DNA from: a virus
Taxonomy: Duplodnaviria; Caudoviricetes
Length of the DNA: 42,310 nt
Virus record (IMG/VR): IMGVR_UViG_3300033076_000983
Span: 1-42,310 of that record
Strand: one strand, 5' to 3'
Shown: piece by piece, positions 1 to 8,496 of the stretch
Layout: every line of letters starts with the position of its first letter
Numbering within the stretch: position 1 is the first letter of the stretch
Translations under genes and position numbers: made by a program
The notes under the pieces: generated by a model
What the model was told of the DNA's origin: nothing
Database searches by the model: none
What the model saw: the letters and a program-made list of their open reading frames with translations, nothing else

Positions 1-357
1 CGCCCCCGTTGGCGCAGCAGCCCCGCCACCATTTAACGCGGGAATTCTGTCTTCAGAAATAAGCTCTCCGATGGTCGCAAAAACCTCTACGATTGCCGGA
101 TGATTCGCAGTAGCTCCGAGGGCAGCTATAGCTGCATCTCCCCCGAAACCTTTGACGACTTTCCCCGCTAAAGCCATTTTTGTGTCGTATTCATTTCCCC
201 ATTTAGTTCGAAGTGCAGTCTCCCCTTCCTCCCTCGCTTTTACCGCTCGCTCCAAGCTGGCCTGATACTCCGAAGCAATGTCAGCTAAGTAATCTTGGTA
301 GAGTCCTGCTGCTTGCTCTTGCGTGAGATTATGCTTATCCGCAAAAGCAATAAATTT
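1..357. repeat. Imperfect terminal overlap, copy 1 (matches 41954-42310)
   Basis: Manual ungapped alignment at offset 41953. About 26 mismatches fall in 43-280, and 281-357 (77 bp) is identical. Indicates a circular/terminally redundant assembly. Confidence 0.95.
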
Positions 358-717
358 TTTATCAAACTGCTCCGTGATATTAAGCCCTTCTGGAACTTCA
401 GTAGGCCGAGAAAACTTATACCCCTCCGGTTTTTCCGGCTTTCCGATAGTCTGCCAAAATTTTGTGCGTTCCTCAGGAGTTGATTTTTCTGTTGGGAGAA
501 TAACACCTTTACGTCCGAGTAATTCCCGTTGGCTTTTTTCAGCTTTAAAAAAATCTTCTTGCGTCTTGTACTTCAGAATATGTGGATCTTTTTGGTATTC
601 TTCCGGAGCACTTGAAAGCCATTCCGGAATCTCGGGCGCCGCCGGTGGCGCACCACCTCCACCACTTCCTCCTGCGGAAATATTCGGATCAGGATTTGGA
701 TCATTCATCATTTTCAT
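1..717 (-). CDS. Capsid scaffolding/assembly protein, 5' part (runs off the window start and continues at 41953->41819)
   Basis: Not in the ORF track because it is open at the edge. ATG at 717 after GGAG: MKMMNDPNPDPNISAGGSGGGGAPPAAPEIPEWLSSAPEEY...GKPEKPEGYKF...ADKHNLTQEQAAGLY...LRTKWGNEYD. Lies between portal and capsid; the PEGY and WG..Y motifs are typical of podoviral scaffolds. Confidence 0.8.
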   Translation of the reverse strand, partial: MKMMNDPNPDPNISAGGSGGGGAPPAAPEIPEWLSSAPEEYQKDPHILKYKTQEDFFKAEKSQRELLGRKGVILPTEKSTPEERTKFWQTIGKPEKPEGYKFSRPTEVPEGLNITEQFDKKFIAFADKHNLTQEQAAGLYQDYLADIASEYQASLERAVKAREEGETALRTKWGNEYDTKMALAGKVVKGFGGDAAIAALGATANHPAIVEVFATIGELISEDRIPALNGGGAAAPTGA

Positions 718-952
718 AGTCTATCTCCTCTAGTTCTATTAACGTTTCAATATGTAAATACACCGCCCTCATACCCTCATTCCATTCGGTTGGTTTGCCG
801 TTTTCATCGCCAACGGTTGTCTTATTCACAAAACAGCGCCGTTTCAAATCCTCGAGAACAAGTTGCCCTTCAGGGGTTCGAAAAGCTGTTTTGTAAACTT
901 TTACCAGGTCATCCGCGGTGAGACTCAATAATTTTCTTTGAATTGGCGTCAT
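701..952 (-). CDS. Small conserved head-module protein (Bbp19-like)
   Basis: YKTAFRTPEGQLVLEDLKRRC...NEGMRAV pattern and position between portal and scaffold, as in BPP-1-like phages. Confidence 0.7.
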   Translation of the reverse strand: MTPIQRKLLSLTADDLVKVYKTAFRTPEGQLVLEDLKRRCFVNKTTVGDENGKPTEWNEGMRAVYLHIETLIELEEIDYENDE

Positions 953-1562
953 TCAGTGCTTCCTCCCACATAATTCCACAGGTTGAACAAGAGCCTAAGT
1001 AAAAATTATTTTCCCCCGCCCGATGCGCTGACACTTCATCCAAACAAGTTGGACATTTAGTAATGCGCTCGAAAAGTTTTACTTTTTGAATATCAGGAAG
1101 CGGATCAGCTTTTCGAGAAAGACGAACGTCAGTCTTTAAAACAACGAGTCGAAAAGGATTTGGCGAATTATCGTCAATGATGTGGCAAGTCGAACCTGAC
1201 ATCTCAAGAACTCGATAAAGATTCCCTGGGATTAAATCAGGACTTTCTTCGCTTTCTTTTCCGATGTATTCAACAATATCTCGGGATTGAATCCCGGAAG
1301 AAGGAACCTGCGTGTTTTTTTGCGCGAGAGACGACGCGACATGGGGTGAGGAAGTGGGCACCCTTGGCTCCGGGACTGACATCGGAACCGCCGCGTCGCT
1401 CCCTAATGCAATTGCAGCAGAAACGTAAAGTGACGCAATAGAGTTTGACGCAGAAACCGGAAAAGTTATTTGCTTACTTCCTTTGGATGCTGTAACAACA
1501 ACCATAGTTGGAACTCCGTCTGGTTGGATAACTCCGTCGTGCTCCCCCAAAATTATTTTCAT
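909..1562 (-). CDS. Hypothetical protein with C-terminal Zn ribbon
   Basis: 217 aa ORF with GGAGG RBS; CPTC...CSTC near the C-terminus. Confidence 0.65.
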   Translation of the reverse strand: MKIILGEHDGVIQPDGVPTMVVVTASKGSKQITFPVSASNSIASLYVSAAIALGSDAAVPMSVPEPRVPTSSPHVASSLAQKNTQVPSSGIQSRDIVEYIGKESEESPDLIPGNLYRVLEMSGSTCHIIDDNSPNPFRLVVLKTDVRLSRKADPLPDIQKVKLFERITKCPTCLDEVSAHRAGENNFYLGSCSTCGIMWEEALNDANSKKIIESHRG

Positions 1563-1954
1563 ATCAGTCCCTCCTGTTCTGGATTCTTACGTGCGTACTT
1601 TTCATACTCTGCTTTTGCTTCAGCCTTCCGTGCTGCGCTCGGAGTAGATAAACCATACACATGTTCATAGTTAATACCATGCAAGCGAAATGTTCTTTTC
1701 TGTTCATCGAGTTTGTGATCGGCATGCTTCTTTAACATGGAACCTAACCAACAGAGTTGTTCTTTGAAAGGGTGTTCTTCTCCCAAATTTCTTTCTTCGT
1801 ACTGAGAGCAGAACTTGTGCCAGTTGACGATGGAATACTCCATCATGTCGATGTCCCCGACACGTAATTTTTCTGGGGCAAAAATAAAAGCTAAGACAAG
1901 CCGCGTAAGCGAAGGCATGTCCGCTACTTTCTTCACCTGAGTTTTTATAAGCAT
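1559..1954 (-). CDS. Hypothetical protein
   Basis: 131 aa ORF translationally coupled to the portal stop and to the downstream gene. Confidence 0.65.
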   Translation of the reverse strand: MLIKTQVKKVADMPSLTRLVLAFIFAPEKLRVGDIDMMEYSIVNWHKFCSQYEERNLGEEHPFKEQLCWLGSMLKKHADHKLDEQKRTFRLHGINYEHVYGLSTPSAARKAEAKAEYEKYARKNPEQEGLI

Positions 1955-3576
1955 TATTTCTGTGGTGCTTCCGCTTTTGCTGATTTACTTCTTGCATCCG
2001 CAATATTTCGCGCGGCATTAGATCCTTGCTCAACCATCGATAGCTGTTGCTGCCTCGCTTGCATATCCGCACGCATCTTTCTGATACTTTCGACATCTGC
2101 CGAGTCGTGGTAAAGATCGGGATCAACCGCACGTATTTTCCCGATCTTTCTGATAACCGCGTCTCCGTCGATAATGTCGAGAGCATCCGGCTTAAATTGC
2201 GCAACTTGCGCCGACGCAGATAGCCATCCCTCGATCGAAACAAGTTCTGACTCGCGCTGCGCTTTAGCAAGAGGTGATAGGTAAACAACGTCCAGATCCT
2301 GTCCCCGTAATTCCTCTGGTGGAGGCGGAACAAGTTTACGCTTAATCGCTTGATCGAGAACTCGGTAAATAGCCGGTTCTAAAACATCTTGCGTGTATCG
2401 TCCAACTGTGGGTCCGAGCAATACCATGTTTTCCATGACACGGCGTTGTACTTCGGGAATGGTCATCTCTTTGTTGACTTGTGAAAGCGCGCGAAAAAGA
2501 GGCACAAAAAATCCTTCCTCAATCGCTTGCTTTTGGTCATCCATCATTTCCTTAGTAATGGAAAAATTTCCCGCGCCATAAGCGAAGGGTTGAATATCAT
2601 CCGCTGCAACTCCGTTACGTCTATTGTTAATTGCACTTGGGTTGAAGTTGAGCGGAAGCATGAAAGCCTTATCTGGCATATGAAGTGGCGGATCAGCCTC
2701 TTTCATACCACGGCGAAGTGCAGTTTTTTTCTGCTGATTCAAAAGCTTAATATCAGCAAGAACGTCCATAGCGGGAGAATATCCCCGTGGATCCGTTGGG
2801 TCTTTCCAAAATCTACCGATGTGGTAGGGCATAGAATCATACCCACCCTCTTTGATCTCATGCTTTGCTTTAACTGCGATCCAAACGGAAGCGATTGGCT
2901 TATTGGCGGCGTCTATCTTGCGGACATCCCTCACACCACGAACCCCAACATAGTGAAGGAAATCTTGTTCCTCATACGGCTTCTCTTGTAGCAGCTCTAG
3001 CATATCTTTGCCAATATTCATCCCCCAGTTACTGTACGCTTGCCGAGGAGTTAATCTAAAATTTCTAAAAATCTCAGTAACGTTTCCGTTAGAATCTTCA
3101 ACAAGATCTATTTGCTCAATGGGTATGTTCTTAAAAACAATAACTCGCTTTTCATCTTCTTCTGTCAACAAAGCTCCTGTCCCGAAGCATCCACCATCCA
3201 TGTAGAATTCTTGCATAGTGGTGTCGAAGTTGGAGTTATTTATGATTGAGTACGTCACATCAACTGCATCTCGAATCCAAGTCATTACTGCCCGACTATC
3301 CTGCAACCGCTTATTTCTTGGAGAAAAATCGTACCACTTGGTAGCCGGATTGGTTAGGTTAGAGTGAAATCCTGCGGCCATAATTTTAAGAGACCGCATC
3401 GCGACTGAGTCGTAAAGAAAATTAAACTTCAACCGTTCCCCCGTCGTCTTCGGAGTATCGATCCAGGCTTTTCGTGGTAAACAGAAAGAAGATATTTCCT
3501 GGTAGTACGAGCGCCAAGTGGCGTTTTTATTGTGTAGATATTTCTGATCGTCGAGGATTCTTTTGATGTCGGCCAT
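1954..3576 (-). CDS. Portal (head-to-tail connector, T7 gp8/BPP-1-like)
   Basis: 540 aa; LYDS.A...MAAGFHSNLTNP...W, FGTG, RGYSPAMDVLADIKLLN, MT..EV..R..E....LGP and YLSPLAKAQR motifs. Confidence 0.92.
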   Translation of the reverse strand: MADIKRILDDQKYLHNKNATWRSYYQEISSFCLPRKAWIDTPKTTGERLKFNFLYDSVAMRSLKIMAAGFHSNLTNPATKWYDFSPRNKRLQDSRAVMTWIRDAVDVTYSIINNSNFDTTMQEFYMDGGCFGTGALLTEEDEKRVIVFKNIPIEQIDLVEDSNGNVTEIFRNFRLTPRQAYSNWGMNIGKDMLELLQEKPYEEQDFLHYVGVRGVRDVRKIDAANKPIASVWIAVKAKHEIKEGGYDSMPYHIGRFWKDPTDPRGYSPAMDVLADIKLLNQQKKTALRRGMKEADPPLHMPDKAFMLPLNFNPSAINNRRNGVAADDIQPFAYGAGNFSITKEMMDDQKQAIEEGFFVPLFRALSQVNKEMTIPEVQRRVMENMVLLGPTVGRYTQDVLEPAIYRVLDQAIKRKLVPPPPEELRGQDLDVVYLSPLAKAQRESELVSIEGWLSASAQVAQFKPDALDIIDGDAVIRKIGKIRAVDPDLYHDSADVESIRKMRADMQARQQQLSMVEQGSNAARNIADARSKSAKAEAPQK

Positions 3577-3577
3577 G

Positions 3578-3922
3578 TTATTGTCCTAAGAGCGTTTTAA
3601 CGCTCACGTCGCTTGCAGTTGGTATATACGCAGATCCAAACCCTGTCACATCCGTTTGCGCGCCAGATAATGCTGCTCCTCGCCTACGTGACGCAGTGTC
3701 GGTTTTTGCTGAATCGAGAGCAGCCGAAGAACTGGGCTTCTGTACGTCAACTTGTTTTGCCCCGCCTTCTTTTTTATCCTTCGCTCCGATTCCTGTAGCT
3801 TTCGCAATACCAAATGAAGCCCCTGCTCCGATTGCAACAGCAGATGCAATACCTACTGCTGATGCTCCGCCTGCTGCTGTTCCTGCCGCGATACCGCCAA
3901 CGATGGCTGCCGAAATTGCCAT
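3578..3922 (-). CDS. Small Gly/Ala-rich virion protein preceding the portal (T7 gp7.3-like position)
   Basis: Hydrophobic G/A-rich N-terminus, RRRG, and C-terminal KTLLGQ typical of pre-portal proteins. Confidence 0.65.
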   Translation of the reverse strand: MAISAAIVGGIAAGTAAGGASAVGIASAVAIGAGASFGIAKATGIGAKDKKEGGAKQVDVQKPSSSAALDSAKTDTASRRRGAALSGAQTDVTGFGSAYIPTASDVSVKTLLGQ

Positions 3923-4384
3923 TTAAATATCCATCCTTTTTGCGTATATCAGATCGACTAACTCATATCCAAGTCTTTCTAACATCGGACCAAAATTGTG
4001 CTCTGCTTTGACGTGATGATAAACTGCTTGCACGCCTTCCGCTTTAAGTTGTTGATCACACCAAAGAATAAACCGCGCACCAAATCCGCGGTGTTCCGGT
4101 AAAATAAAAAGTATATCTTGTAACGCCTGTACGGAATTTTGATAGTGCATATTTTTCCGCACAAAATAAACTGCGTAGCCGACTAACTCTTTTCCAATTC
4201 GGGAAGTGTAGCACCGAATTAATCCTAAGTCTTCAAATGCTTTGTAGGCTTCAAAATGGGGGTCGAGAGGAATATCTTTAAAGTGCGCGATTTCTTGCCA
4301 GTGGGCTTGAAGCAACGGCATCGCCTCTTGAAAGCAATCTTGCGCTCGTTCTGCTTGAAATGTGGCGCGAGTTTTAGTTATCAA
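3923..4384 (-). CDS. GNAT-family acetyltransferase
   Basis: LVGYAVYF...DILFILPEHRGFGARF (motif A) and LERLGY. Confidence 0.8.
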   Translation of the reverse strand: MITKTRATFQAERAQDCFQEAMPLLQAHWQEIAHFKDIPLDPHFEAYKAFEDLGLIRCYTSRIGKELVGYAVYFVRKNMHYQNSVQALQDILFILPEHRGFGARFILWCDQQLKAEGVQAVYHHVKAEHNFGPMLERLGYELVDLIYAKRMDI

Positions 4385-4881
4385 ACTCCCCTCCGAAGAA
4401 CTATAAATTCACCGATTTCAATTTTCACAATTTCGGTTTCCCTGAAATTTAAACGCTTGCAAACTTTAGTTGCTGCTACATTCCTGTGATCGTGGGTTGT
4501 CCACAAGTCTAAACCGGGATAATGCGCGCAAAACCAATCTACAATAAGTTTTCCTATTCGAAAAGAAAAATCTCCTCTAAAGTCTTCAGAATCACTAAGG
4601 TGGTCTCGATACGCGTCCAGGGTCCATCGATCCGATTCCGGAAAATACTGCAAATAAATAACTCCGATTCGTTTCGGCTCCTGCCCAACATCCGCAAAAG
4701 CTACCCACATATGCTTTGCGTATTTAAGCGTTACATTTCTGGAATCTGTCTCTGCTAAATGGTATTTATACTTTGGGATAAGCCCCATCAAATACTCAAA
4801 ATCGTCTGCCCCAGTAATAGCTCTAACCCACACTTTTCCATCGGATAAAATTCCGGCTTTTAGCATCGCTTCTCGGATCAT
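4381..4881 (-). CDS. GNAT-family acetyltransferase (RimJ/RimL-like C-terminus)
   Basis: RIGVIYL and HRNVAATKVCKRLNF (N..A.....K.GF-type motif B). Confidence 0.6.
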   Translation of the reverse strand: MIREAMLKAGILSDGKVWVRAITGADDFEYLMGLIPKYKYHLAETDSRNVTLKYAKHMWVAFADVGQEPKRIGVIYLQYFPESDRWTLDAYRDHLSDSEDFRGDFSFRIGKLIVDWFCAHYPGLDLWTTHDHRNVAATKVCKRLNFRETEIVKIEIGEFIVLRRGV

Positions 4882-6449
4882 TCTGTCACTCCGTAACTTT
4901 GTACGCCCGGACGATCAGGACGACCATCGTCATCGGTCAATCCATACATCTGGCGTTCGGTTTCTGTATCTTGATATGGGTCAGCCTCAACATCTTGTTC
5001 AAACGCGTATTGCAGCATCACCCACGCATCACGCCGCCCGGGGGAACGTCCGTCAATTTTTTCTTTGATTTCTTCTTTGGGGAGGATTTGGATTTCGCCT
5101 CGATTGTTTTCGAAGTATTCGTCTGCTTCAAGTTCTTCGACCAATTCCAGGTCTTTGTTATTAACCGCGGCCGCGCCACGATGTCCCCTATCCCTGGCAG
5201 TAAAAGCTGCCTGTGCTCTGATATTTGCATAAATCTTTTTTCCTCCCTCAAGTAATGTAGATGGTGCAGAACCGTGAAATTTAATAACCGTAATCCCGCG
5301 CATAAAGTCGTCGGGAAATTTTTTTAACTCTTGATAGCAACCGATACCAATACCGTCACAATCAACGATAATAAAAGACCCGTTGATTTTTCGGCACATT
5401 CGAACAGCTTGCATCGCCTGTTCAGAGGGTGTCATATTAATTCGCGCAAAAGTTTCTATAACTTCTCCGCCCGACCCGGACATAAAAATATTTTCGTCAA
5501 CACCTTCACCGGCAGGATCTACGGATACTCCGCGTATCGAACTGTGACTCGCGAGGAATCCGTGGCGCGCCGACATTTGGTTAATGAGTTTTTCGGAGAA
5601 GACAGAGTTGATCGAAATGTTAGGGACTTGTCCAAGGACGCGTCCAATCCAACGGGGGTCTTCCTCGCCCCACTTCTCTCGCATTTTCTCAACCCATTCA
5701 TACGAACATAAACCGGGGATGACAGTTCTTCGTTCAATGTAATTGGGGTTTTCCAAACACGAGAAATTAAAGACAATATTTTTCTTCTTATCTTTAAGTC
5801 CCTCAGCAAAACGCCCTTTGGCACGGGTAGGGTTTCCGATGAAAATGACCAAAACATTTTCGGAGGTTGTGATTGCGTCAATCTGATCGTAAATCTCATT
5901 TTCGATTGATTGTGCTTCAGTAACAATGACGCATACATTCGGACTATGAATACCTTGAAATTTTCCACCGCCACCTTCCTTCGTCGCTCCCGACTCCTTT
6001 GTAGTAAACCCTGTTAAAAACCAATCTTTATCCACTTTGATAAGCGGGTCAGTATAGATACGACCGCCGAGGTCGATTTTTCTACGCCCCCAATGCCCTT
6101 GGACTTCTTTCCACATGATGTTTCGTACTTGGCGGTCTGTGGGGCCGGTAAGAACCACGATCGACGGCATGAATGAAAATAAAAACCATTGGCTGATCGC
6201 TGCACTAATAAAATCTTTTCCGCATGCGTGTCCCGAGGCCACATAAATTTCTTTTCGTTCCTTCATTGCAGTTGGCAATGTGTTCAGCAAATCAATCTGC
6301 ATCTTCCAAATCTTCGTCAACCCCAAAGCCTCTTTAAGAAAAAGCCGCGGCTGTTTACGCCACTTCGCCATCATCTCAAGCAAATTATCTGTATCAACCT
6401 GCGGAATGTCTTGGTGGTTGAGTGGATCAACGTCATCCGTTTTACGCAT
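4878..6449 (-). CDS. terL: Terminase large subunit
   Basis: 523 aa; Walker A SGHACGKD, TGPTDRQV, Walker-B-like VIVTEAQ, coupling motif IGNP, nuclease VSVDPAGEGVD, C-terminal RSPGRRDA. Confidence 0.92.
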   Translation of the reverse strand: MRKTDDVDPLNHQDIPQVDTDNLLEMMAKWRKQPRLFLKEALGLTKIWKMQIDLLNTLPTAMKERKEIYVASGHACGKDFISAAISQWFLFSFMPSIVVLTGPTDRQVRNIMWKEVQGHWGRRKIDLGGRIYTDPLIKVDKDWFLTGFTTKESGATKEGGGGKFQGIHSPNVCVIVTEAQSIENEIYDQIDAITTSENVLVIFIGNPTRAKGRFAEGLKDKKKNIVFNFSCLENPNYIERRTVIPGLCSYEWVEKMREKWGEEDPRWIGRVLGQVPNISINSVFSEKLINQMSARHGFLASHSSIRGVSVDPAGEGVDENIFMSGSGGEVIETFARINMTPSEQAMQAVRMCRKINGSFIIVDCDGIGIGCYQELKKFPDDFMRGITVIKFHGSAPSTLLEGGKKIYANIRAQAAFTARDRGHRGAAAVNNKDLELVEELEADEYFENNRGEIQILPKEEIKEKIDGRSPGRRDAWVMLQYAFEQDVEADPYQDTETERQMYGLTDDDGRPDRPGVQSYGVTE

Positions 6450-6879
6450 ACATCTCCGCGACCGCTTTATCTGAAACTAAGATTCCATTCATGTGATCGA
6501 TTTCGTGTTGAATTATTTTTGCAAGCATCCCTTTTGCGTATCTTCGTTTTCCATTATTCATGTACTCTATTTCAAGATACCGCTCAACGATAAATTTTTT
6601 ATTCGGGATGCTAAGGCAAGATTCTTCTGACGCAGTAATACCGATACCATACACAATTTCCGGATTAAGTAGCATGACTTCTTTATTTTTGTGAAATATC
6701 CAAGAAAAACGAACAGGAACTCCGATTTGAATTGCTGTAACTCCGCATCCCAAAACCCATGCGGTTAAGTTTGCAGAACGCATCCTGTCAATCAATTTCA
6801 GTTCTTCAACTTCTTCAATCGTTGTTGGCCGTGATTTTGTCCGCAACACTTCCGGATCCGTAACAATCGTGTCAGTCAT
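6442..6879 (-). CDS. def: Peptide deformylase (short, phage type)
   Basis: Motif 1 GCGVTAIQIG, motif 2 EESCLS, motif 3 QHEIDHMNG; N-terminal DPEVLRTKS; lacks the C-terminal helix. Confidence 0.9.
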   Translation of the reverse strand: MTDTIVTDPEVLRTKSRPTTIEEVEELKLIDRMRSANLTAWVLGCGVTAIQIGVPVRFSWIFHKNKEVMLLNPEIVYGIGITASEESCLSIPNKKFIVERYLEIEYMNNGKRRYAKGMLAKIIQHEIDHMNGILVSDKAVAEMYA

Positions 6880-6880
6880 A

Positions 6881-7051
6881 TCAATCCTCCTCTTTTAGTT
6901 CCACAAAATCCACATATTCCGCCGGTACGTCAGTCGATTTAAAAATTCTGCCTAAGTTCGTACCGAGATATAAATGCCCTTTGTGCACAAGCATTGTAAA
7001 AATATACTCCCCTTCAATCATCTGGAGTTTAATACTTTTTCCGTCGCTCAT
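6881..7051 (-). CDS. Small hypothetical protein
   Basis: Likely start ATG 7051 (MSDGKSIKLQ), ATGA-coupled to the upstream mini-ORF; HKGHLYLGTNLGRIF resembles a beta-propeller blade. Confidence 0.55.
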   Translation of the reverse strand: MSDGKSIKLQMIEGEYIFTMLVHKGHLYLGTNLGRIFKSTDVPAEYVDFVELKEED

Positions 7052-7176
7052 ATTCCAAAAAGCCAAAGGGAAAACCAATCATAAAAATTCATCGGAGCCG
7101 TGGTAATACGTACCAATTTCACGTCTTCCAAATGCACCGCGCCGAGACTGAATTCAAATTTCGCTTCGTGTTTCAT
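7048..7176 (-). CDS. 42-aa mini-protein
   Basis: MKHEAKFEFSLGAVHLEDVKLVRITTAPMNFYDWFSLWLFGI; ATGA overlaps with both terS and the next gene. Confidence 0.5.
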   Translation of the reverse strand: MKHEAKFEFSLGAVHLEDVKLVRITTAPMNFYDWFSLWLFGI

Positions 7177-7757
7177 TTCTTCGGCTCTCGGCTTCCGGGT
7201 TTTTTGAGCGCAGGCTTTTTATTCTTGTGCGTAACTTCAATAACTTCCGAATCTTTTCTAGCCGCCAACTCTGCGGCGCGCGCACGCGCTTTTTGCATAA
7301 TGTTCCCAAATGTCTGCTCAAGCGATTGCACCGCTTCGGGTTTCGTATCGCGCCAGTTAAACCGATTCTTCATGTTAAAAATCCATGCGCTCGTTTCAAA
7401 CGTGATTCCCTTTTCATGCGTCAACATTGTGCGCGCTTTATTTTCCCACCACGCTTCCGAAATTGCTTTTGCTTGCTCAAAAAAATCTTGAATCGTTGCC
7501 TCGCGTTCGCGAAGTGTAATCCATGTGTTTGGTGAAAAAACACCATTCGCATCACGACATAGTGCGACACGTAATTCTTTTTCCCCCATGCCTTCAGCAG
7601 CAAGCTCGAGAATTTTATTTCTCCAATTGGGGATGATTTTATCTAGTGCTTCTAGATCTTGAATTTGTGCAGCGGTTAATTTTTGTGCGGGAGGTGTAGG
7701 AACGAGTGCGCCTAAATTTTTTTGCGCCTCATTAACTTTGTCGGGGGTGTCACTCAT
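7173..7757 (-). CDS. terS: Terminase small subunit
   Basis: HTH-like N-half (LELAAEGMGEKEL), AWIFNMKNRFNWRD motif (P22 gp3-like), first gene of the packaging arm. Confidence 0.75.
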   Translation of the reverse strand: MSDTPDKVNEAQKNLGALVPTPPAQKLTAAQIQDLEALDKIIPNWRNKILELAAEGMGEKELRVALCRDANGVFSPNTWITLREREATIQDFFEQAKAISEAWWENKARTMLTHEKGITFETSAWIFNMKNRFNWRDTKPEAVQSLEQTFGNIMQKARARAAELAARKDSEVIEVTHKNKKPALKKPGSREPKK

Positions 7758-7766
7758 ATTGGCTGA

Positions 7767-7795
7767 AGTCTGCCTGAATTTTTAAACTTCGTCAA
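7767..7795 (-). promoter_or_regulatory. Candidate sigma70-type promoter for the late/packaging arm
   Basis: TTGACG-17 bp-CAGACT on the minus strand; the start site would fall ~3 nt before the terS ATG, which has no SD. Confidence 0.35.
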
Positions 7796-7810
7796 TTTTT
7801 TTATAAAAAT

Positions 7811-7856
7811 TCAAAATTTGCAGGGGAACTCAAAATTTGCAGGGGAACTCAAAATT
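7811..7856. repeat. 19-bp tandem repeat x2.4 (TCAAAATTTGCAGGGGAAC)
   Basis: Exact copies at 7811-7829 and 7830-7848, partial copy at 7849-7856. Confidence 0.95.
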
Positions 7857-8030
7857 AGTGAGTATGCAAGTTTTGAGGGTTGGGGGCGGTCGGCGGTCGC
7901 GGACCTATTCCCCCTAGTGCCCCCCGTCGGTTTCAAAAAATGAAAATCTCAGAAAAAATCCTAATGCGTTTCAATCTGAACGTGGCGCATGTCCTCACGT
8001 GAGAAATAGCAAACATTCCGCACCGATGAA

Positions 8031-8089
8031 ACCGCAGAGCCGACACGACCGCAGAGCCGACACGACCGCAGAGCCGACACGACCGCAGA
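8031..8089. repeat. 17-bp tandem repeat x3.5 (ACCGCAGAGCCGACACG)
   Basis: Exact copies at 8031, 8048 and 8065, partial at 8082; no spacers. Confidence 0.95.
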
Positions 8090-8356
8090 ACACCACAAGC
8101 GCAGGCGCGTAGCTAGTTCCTCGCGCGTTTTAGAGATGAAACCGAAGCGCGCAGGAGCTTATCAAAACCACATAAAACCTGATGACTATTGCTCACGCTT
8201 CCCTATAATCTCCCCCATACCAACACAAGCCCCACTCAATAACAATGCCCTATAACCAAAGCAAACAGGCATATTTAGCCCCAAAAAGACCAAAAGCCTC
8301 TAATAATATGATATTTCACAATATAGCCCCCTTAAATCTATGATACGTCCGATAAT

Positions 8357-8376
8357 GTTTTCTCACGTGAGAAAAC
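8357..8376. promoter_or_regulatory. Perfect 20-bp palindrome GTTTTCTCACGTGAGAAAAC (core CTCACGTGAG also at 7994 and 8452)
   Basis: Three copies of a 10-bp palindromic core in the non-coding region; candidate operator or origin site. Confidence 0.6.
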
Positions 8377-8408
8377 CAAACATTTTCGACCGCGTAGAAA
8401 TACCCCCC

Positions 8409-8450
8409 TATATATATATATAAAACAACAACAACAACAATTTATATATA
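8409..8450. repeat. (TA)n / (AAC)n low-complexity AT-rich tract
   Basis: TATATATATATATA-AAACAACAACAACAACAA-TTTATATATA; candidate unwinding element. Confidence 0.8.
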
Positions 8451-8496
8451 TCTCACGTGAGACACCACAAAACCGCAATTTGTAGAGGACAAAAAA

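Noticed and set aside
1-357. Diversity-generating retroelement TR/VR pair (imperfect repeats in a BPP-1-like phage)
   Set aside because: Mismatches are not adenine-specific on either strand, no reverse transcriptase is encoded, and the repeat is the contig-end overlap within the scaffold gene.
1704-2333. Long alternative-frame and antisense ORFs (e.g. 1704-2333, 2527-2991, 20261-20767, 323-733)
   Set aside because: They overlap well-supported genes, lack RBSs and recognisable motifs, and are best explained as shadow ORFs.
8031-8089. CRISPR mini-array
   Set aside because: The 17-bp units are directly abutting with no spacers; the same holds for the 19-bp repeat at 7811.
8179-8215. Second hammerhead (CTGATGA at 8179; also at 10311)
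   Set aside because: No stem II/GAAA/stem III arrangement follows either core-like heptamer.
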